From Deinococcales bacterium (GTDB lineage: Bacteria > Deinococcota > Deinococci > Deinococcales > JAAFIG01), in assembly GCA_031414595.1 (NCBI GenBank), contig JANNVX010000043.1, positions 1-11,192 of the forward strand: 11,192 bases of DNA. The letters run 5' to 3'. Under the pieces are notes generated by a model. It did no database searches and had not been told where the DNA came from. It saw nothing but the letters and a program-made list of their open reading frames with translations. Made by a program: the position numbers and the translations under genes. Below are positions 7,367 through 11,192 of the stretch, one piece after another; within the stretch, counting starts at the first letter, position 1, and each line of letters opens with the position of its first letter.

Positions 7367-10300
7367 CTAGCTCGAGTACCGCCCATCCAACAACCGAATC
7401 TGCCCCAGCCCCACCAGCAACTCGAGCAATTCGGCAACTCGAGCCGCTTTAGCCCCCTTAAACCGCTTGGTAATTTCAGTGCTGCTCATCGGGTTTGCGC
7501 CGCGTATGGCGTTGCGAATGGCTTGGCTTTGTTCCCCAAGACTTTTAGGAAAAACCACTGGCTCGAGAACAACTGCCGCGCTTTCTGCTTCGGGCAATTC
7601 GAGGGCGGAATCTCGAGGGTTAGCCTTTGGGTTTTGGTATTCGGGGCGTAAATACAAAATTGTGCCGCGAGCTTCTTCTTGGTTGCGTTCTAAGTTTAAG
7701 CCCACTAAATTCTCGAGAATCTGAGCTTCGGTCAAGTCTGTGCGCCAACCATACGCCGTCGCAACCAGTGCATCCAAGCTGTTGTGCATCTCGAGTAAGC
7801 TGCTGATTAAACCAAGGCGATTGATGCGTTTTTCTTTTTCGTTAAGCGGTAGATTATTTTTTAGTTGCTCGAGAACATTGTACATTTCGGTTAGGGTCAG
7901 TTCTGAATGCGTTTCAAGTTGTCGTTTGCGGTGCGTGTCCAAACGTTCGGCAAGTTCACGGATTTGCTTTTTTTGCTCGAGATTTGCGTCTGGGAATGGG
8001 AATTTTTCAAAGCAAACAGTTTTCACATACACAGGTGTTGGACCGAGGATACTTCCTGTAGCCAGTGTCCAAACAAGATGAATTTGACTCGAGAGAACAC
8101 CTAAATAAAATGCGTCCTCGAGAGCAATGTTGACCAATTTATTATCTGGCAAAATGGTTTTGTCTAAGAATTGGAAAATACGGTGTTTCATGGTTTCGAC
8201 AGTTGAAATATAGCGCGATAATCCAATAAGTGCTGGTCGAAAAGCGCTACGAGGTTCGCCAAAAATCCACCAGTTATCCCGATATATCGCCCGATTATTG
8301 GTGTCTCGTTCGGGTTTCACATGAACCAAAAGATGCTGATAAACTTCTGGAAAACGTTCTTGTAATTCTGTTACCGACAATCCAAAAGCATCAATCACCA
8401 AGACATCCCGTGACTTTGACGTTAAATCCCGTCCGTTGCGATAAATTCGGATATGCTGCTCGAGTCCCGCAATTCTTCCCAAACCCAACAAAGCGGCTGT
8501 TTCTCGAGTCACAATAAAACCAGCCCCATGAAGTTTCACGCCCGGATTTGAAATTTCTAGGTTCGCAAGTAATTTTTTTGCACTGCTTAAATCTGCGCCA
8601 ATACTCAAATCGCCATGTATTTTTCCTCGAGATTCTTTGAACGTAACATCAAATTCGCCATCTTTATTTTTTTGTTCTGTGGTCACAAGAAGTTGTTGCC
8701 CCTCGAGTTCGCCTTGGGTAGCAACGGTCATGGCAATCCGCACGGCTGCACCATCGGCACTGTCCACCCACGGATGGTCTGGAATGGCGTACAACACACT
8801 GATGGGGTTCTTGGCGCTAAGGTGCGCCTCGAGAACCCGACGATTAAAGGTTTGTTTGATGCTGTTGGTGGTGATAAATCCAAAACGCTCGATTTGTTTT
8901 TCGCGCAATAATTTGGCTGCTGTGTTCCACCAGTACATCACAAAATCGCTGGATTCAGAAACATCATCATGGATTGCCCGAATTGTCTTGGTGTAGCCGT
9001 CGCCCAGTGTTTCACGCATTGGACCCGCCCCAATAAAAGGCGGATTGCCAATGATAAAATCGGTCTCGAGCCAAGTTGCTTTTTTTGGGTTCAGGTAGGC
9101 TTGTTCTGCCACCCGAGCCGTTTGGTCTGGGACTTCTAAACCTGTGGCTGGATTTATTTTTTTACTCACTCCGTCCCAACGGGTTATTGGCTGCCCGACA
9201 CTATCCAATTTGGCTTGGACACTTTCATACTCGAGGATTGCATCGCGGTTTTGGATGTTCTGGAAGGCTTTTAGCACCGGCGAAGGCGGATTGACATTGC
9301 CATGGGTCTTAAAATGCCATTGTAAATAGCCAATCCAAAGCACCAATTCGGCAATCTGGGCGGCTCTGGGGTTAATTTCGATGCCTAAAAACTGGTGTGG
9401 GTCTACGGTGTTTAAGTCCATCTCGAGGCGGCGGTCTCCGCCTACCAGTTCAAGCGCATCTAAAACCTCGCCCTCGAGCCGCTTGATCATCTCGAGCGCC
9501 ACATACAAAAAATTTCCACTGCCACAAGCTGGGTCGAGGACTTTCACTTGGCAAAGATACTGATGAAAGGTTTCGATTTTGCCAATTGCGGCTTTTTTTG
9601 CCGCCTGAATTTTTGGGCTTGTACCAGCAAAATCTTTTTTTTCTTTGGGGTCAAGTTGTAAACGCGCCACTGTCTCGAGGTCGGCACTAAATTCGATTTG
9701 CACGGCTGCCCAATGCTGGCGCAACGGCTCGAGAATTGTCCAATTGACCAGCCGCTCGACGTATGCCCGTGGGGTGTAGTGTGCGCCAAGTTTATGGCGT
9801 TCTTTGGGGTCAAGCGCCCGCTCGAGCAACGTGCCAAAAATAGCGGGTTCGACCTCACCCCATTCTTGCTGACTGGCTTCTATCACCAAACGCAATTGTT
9901 CTTCGCTTAAATTTAAGGCGCTCGAGTCCAAAAATAATCCGCCATTAAAATGCAGAATCTGGGCTGCAAATTGTGGACTGAATCCGCCCGTGTTCATGGT
10001 CGCCCAGAGCGGTTCGATAAAGGCTTTGAAATGCTGCGCGTTGCCAATAATCCCCTCGAGATAGCCCGTGAATTTACCTTTGGGCAATAAGCCCATGTCC
10101 TCGGCAAACATCGTAAAAATTAGGCGCATTAAAAACCCACTGACCACCTCGGGCGAATGTTCTCGCTCGAGTAAACGGCTTAGCACCGCCAAACGGTCGG
10201 CAATGGCTCGGGTGGCTTTGGCACTGCGCCGGCTTGGGTCAAGGCTGAGTGGGTCAAGCCAAACAGCCCGTAAGCGCTCGAGAACACTTGGGTCGTGCAA

Positions 10301-10828
10301 ATCCTCAAGCATGATGCGGTAATTGCTCGGGGTTGGAAAAGGCACATAAACCCCGCCGCTTTGGGTGAATTCGCTAAACAACTCGAGACTAAAACCAACG
10401 TCTGCCACAATAATAAACGGCGGACGACCCTCGGCAATGGGTAAGCTCCTCGCGTAGCCTTCGGCTTGGGCTTTGGCTTTGACCATGGCTTTATCCCAAG
10501 AAGCCGTGCCACGTTTTGCCGTACCAGATTTGACTTTGGGGGCAGCAAATAATTCGGTGGCGGCTACAGCTTGGCTACCTTGTTTGGCTTCAAAAACAAA
10601 AGCGCTGCGTTTATAGCAATCAATAAAATTGGTGCTGCTCGAGCCATCCAAATGGGTGATGGTCAGGCTTTTTTCAAAAACATATTCGTTTTCGGTATTG
10701 ATGCCACTCGAGGGGTTTGGGCTTGGGACGTTTAATAAAGCACAAAGGTCAGTGATGAAAAGCTGGTAATTGGCGCGTTCACTGGCGGCGCTGTTCGCCC
10801 AACGGGTGATAAAATCAGTTGCGGTCAT
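7367..10828 (-). CDS. MmeI-like (Type IIL/IIG) fused restriction endonuclease / N6-adenine DNA methyltransferase, about 1153 aa
   Basis: N-terminal ERANYQLF and PD-(D/E)xK-like FIDCYK....FEAKQ, then FNGGLF, IFGTLLE and LGAHYTP. MTase motif I is [12 protein letters not shown] and motif IV is IIGNPPF, followed by a C-terminal TRD region (FEKFPFP). Start re-assigned to MTATDF (10828). Confidence 0.88.
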   Translation of the reverse strand: MTATDFITRWANSAASERANYQLFITDLCALLNVPSPNPSSGINTENEYVFEKSLTITHLDGSSSTNFIDCYKRSAFVFEAKQGSQAVAATELFAAPKVKSGTAKRGTASWDKAMVKAKAQAEGYARSLPIAEGRPPFIIVADVGFSLELFSEFTQSGGVYVPFPTPSNYRIMLEDLHDPSVLERLRAVWLDPLSLDPSRRSAKATRAIADRLAVLSRLLEREHSPEVVSGFLMRLIFTMFAEDMGLLPKGKFTGYLEGIIGNAQHFKAFIEPLWATMNTGGFSPQFAAQILHFNGGLFLDSSALNLSEEQLRLVIEASQQEWGEVEPAIFGTLLERALDPKERHKLGAHYTPRAYVERLVNWTILEPLRQHWAAVQIEFSADLETVARLQLDPKEKKDFAGTSPKIQAAKKAAIGKIETFHQYLCQVKVLDPACGSGNFLYVALEMIKRLEGEVLDALELVGGDRRLEMDLNTVDPHQFLGIEINPRAAQIAELVLWIGYLQWHFKTHGNVNPPSPVLKAFQNIQNRDAILEYESVQAKLDSVGQPITRWDGVSKKINPATGLEVPDQTARVAEQAYLNPKKATWLETDFIIGNPPFIGAGPMRETLGDGYTKTIRAIHDDVSESSDFVMYWWNTAAKLLREKQIERFGFITTNSIKQTFNRRVLEAHLSAKNPISVLYAIPDHPWVDSADGAAVRIAMTVATQGELEGQQLLVTTEQKNKDGEFDVTFKESRGKIHGDLSIGADLSSAKKLLANLEISNPGVKLHGAGFIVTRETAALLGLGRIAGLEQHIRIYRNGRDLTSKSRDVLVIDAFGLSVTELQERFPEVYQHLLVHVKPERDTNNRAIYRDNWWIFGEPRSAFRPALIGLSRYISTVETMKHRIFQFLDKTILPDNKLVNIALEDAFYLGVLSSQIHLVWTLATGSILGPTPVYVKTVCFEKFPFPDANLEQKKQIRELAERLDTHRKRQLETHSELTLTEMYNVLEQLKNNLPLNEKEKRINRLGLISSLLEMHNSLDALVATAYGWRTDLTEAQILENLVGLNLERNQEEARGTILYLRPEYQNPKANPRDSALELPEAESAAVVLEPVVFPKSLGEQSQAIRNAIRGANPMSSTEITKRFKGAKAARVAELLELLVGLGQIRLLDGRYSS

Positions 10829-10833
10829 GGGGT

Positions 10834-10839
10834 ATTGTA
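10834..10839 (-). promoter_or_regulatory. -10 box TACAAT before the R-M gene
   Basis: 5 nt upstream of ATG 10828 with no SD. Confidence 0.55.
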
Positions 10840-10843
10840 CTTC

Positions 10844-11192
10844 GGTAGTTAAGTGGAATGATTCCGCGCAGCCAAAGCCCAAACAGTCGTGACCACCAAC
10901 TCAGCCCAAGACCAGACTCGAGAAGTAATACCAATTGCCATAGCAGGAGTACGTTGTTCAAATCGTTTACGCCCAATCGATTCTACCAAAGGCACGCGTA
11001 AACTCCGATTTGTGCGAACCCAATTATAAGCCAAACGAGTAATTTCAGCCGCGTAAACTCGAGACCGAGGAAGCCGAGCAAACAATAAGCCTTTACGACC
11101 CATGAACATGGTGCTTTCGCGGGCAGAACCATTGTATCTCTCAATTGCACTGGTATTGGCAATATTGTACCCAAGTCGGGTATTTTCGAGTT
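10844..11192 (-). mobile_element. Right end of a probable IS1-family insertion sequence (continues beyond the window)
   Basis: Transposase C-terminus whose stop abuts GGTAGTTAAGTGG at 10844. GGTRRT is typical of IS1-family terminal inverted repeats. The partner IR is outside the window. Confidence 0.6.
10849..11190 (-). CDS. IS1-family DDE transposase, C-terminal part (5' end outside the window)
   Basis: The frame is open to the window edge: ...NTSAIERYNGSAR...RK..F.R...AYNWVRTNRSLR...RTPAMAIGITSRVWSWAEL. This matches the NT..IER.N...R and YN..R.H.SL...TPA motifs of IS1-family transposases. Confidence 0.78.
   Translation of the reverse strand, partial: LENTRLGYNIANTSAIERYNGSARESTMFMGRKGLLFARLPRSRVYAAEITRLAYNWVRTNRSLRVPLVESIGRKRFEQRTPAMAIGITSRVWSWAELVVTTVWALAARNHST

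Larger units (their letters stand above)
228..11063. repeat. Dispersed highly iterated palindrome CTCGAG (about 75 copies)
   Basis: Hand count of about 75 exact copies, first at 228 and last at 11058, against about 2.7 expected for a random hexamer in 11.2 kb. Confidence 0.95.

Noticed and set aside
7354-7437. ORF-track N-terminal extension of ComF (and likewise 6728-6808 for the transglutaminase)
   Set aside because: The extensions overlap upstream genes and are not family-like. Downstream ATGs have properly spaced -10 boxes.
7467-10548. Many short antisense or alternate-frame ORFs (e.g. 7467-7724, 8637-8996, 10180-10548, also 3322-3717, 5359-5733, 6702-7052)
   Set aside because: They lie wholly within well-supported genes and have no recognisable motifs, so they are shadow ORFs.
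7367-10828. The R-M fusion as the enzyme responsible for the CTCGAG pattern
   Set aside because: MmeI-like enzymes typically recognise asymmetric sequences, and nothing in the sequence links this one to CTCGAG. Kept only as something to test.
10829-10882. ORF-track N-terminal extension of the R-M protein (MGFGCAESF...)
   Set aside because: It runs into the IS end and transposase stop. Family similarity and a -10 box support ATG 10828.
228-11063. CTCGAG excess as a cloning artefact (XhoI concatemers) or synthetic recoding
   Set aside because: ORFs and protein motifs run intact through the sites in all three frames, and the sites differ naturally between paralogues.
228-11063. CTCGAG repeats as a CRISPR array or tandem repeat
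   Set aside because: They are only 6 bp long, irregularly spaced (7 to about 680 bp apart) and lie inside coding sequences, with no repeat-spacer structure or cas genes.
10983-11174. 63-aa - strand ORF as a separate gene or frameshift partner of the transposase
   Set aside because: The transposase frame is already open and motif-bearing across this region, so no frameshift is needed.

Overview
Gene-dense bacterial chromosomal window, probably Deinococcota. That assignment is inferred from gene content and from -10 boxes lying 5-7 nt before many start codons. Left to right it holds: a GTAG-type REP-like hairpin pair; a 5'-truncated RimJ/RimL-type GNAT gene; an RHH antitoxin/PemK-MazF toxin pair; an intact GNAT paralogue; a GAF-GGDEF diguanylate cyclase (- strand); and an ABC-2-type ATPase plus permease. 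On the - strand follow an asparaginase II, a transglutaminase-like protein, ComF, a 1153-aa MmeI-like (Type IIL/IIG) restriction-modification fusion and the 3' end of an IS1-family transposase. The most striking signal is not a gene. The palindrome CTCGAG occurs about 75 times by hand count (about 2.7 expected), inside every ORF and in all three reading frames, like a HIP1-type highly iterated palindrome. In contrast GGCC appears absent, and GATC and CCGG occur only about 4 times each. The GGDEF gene departs from this signature and looks recently acquired.
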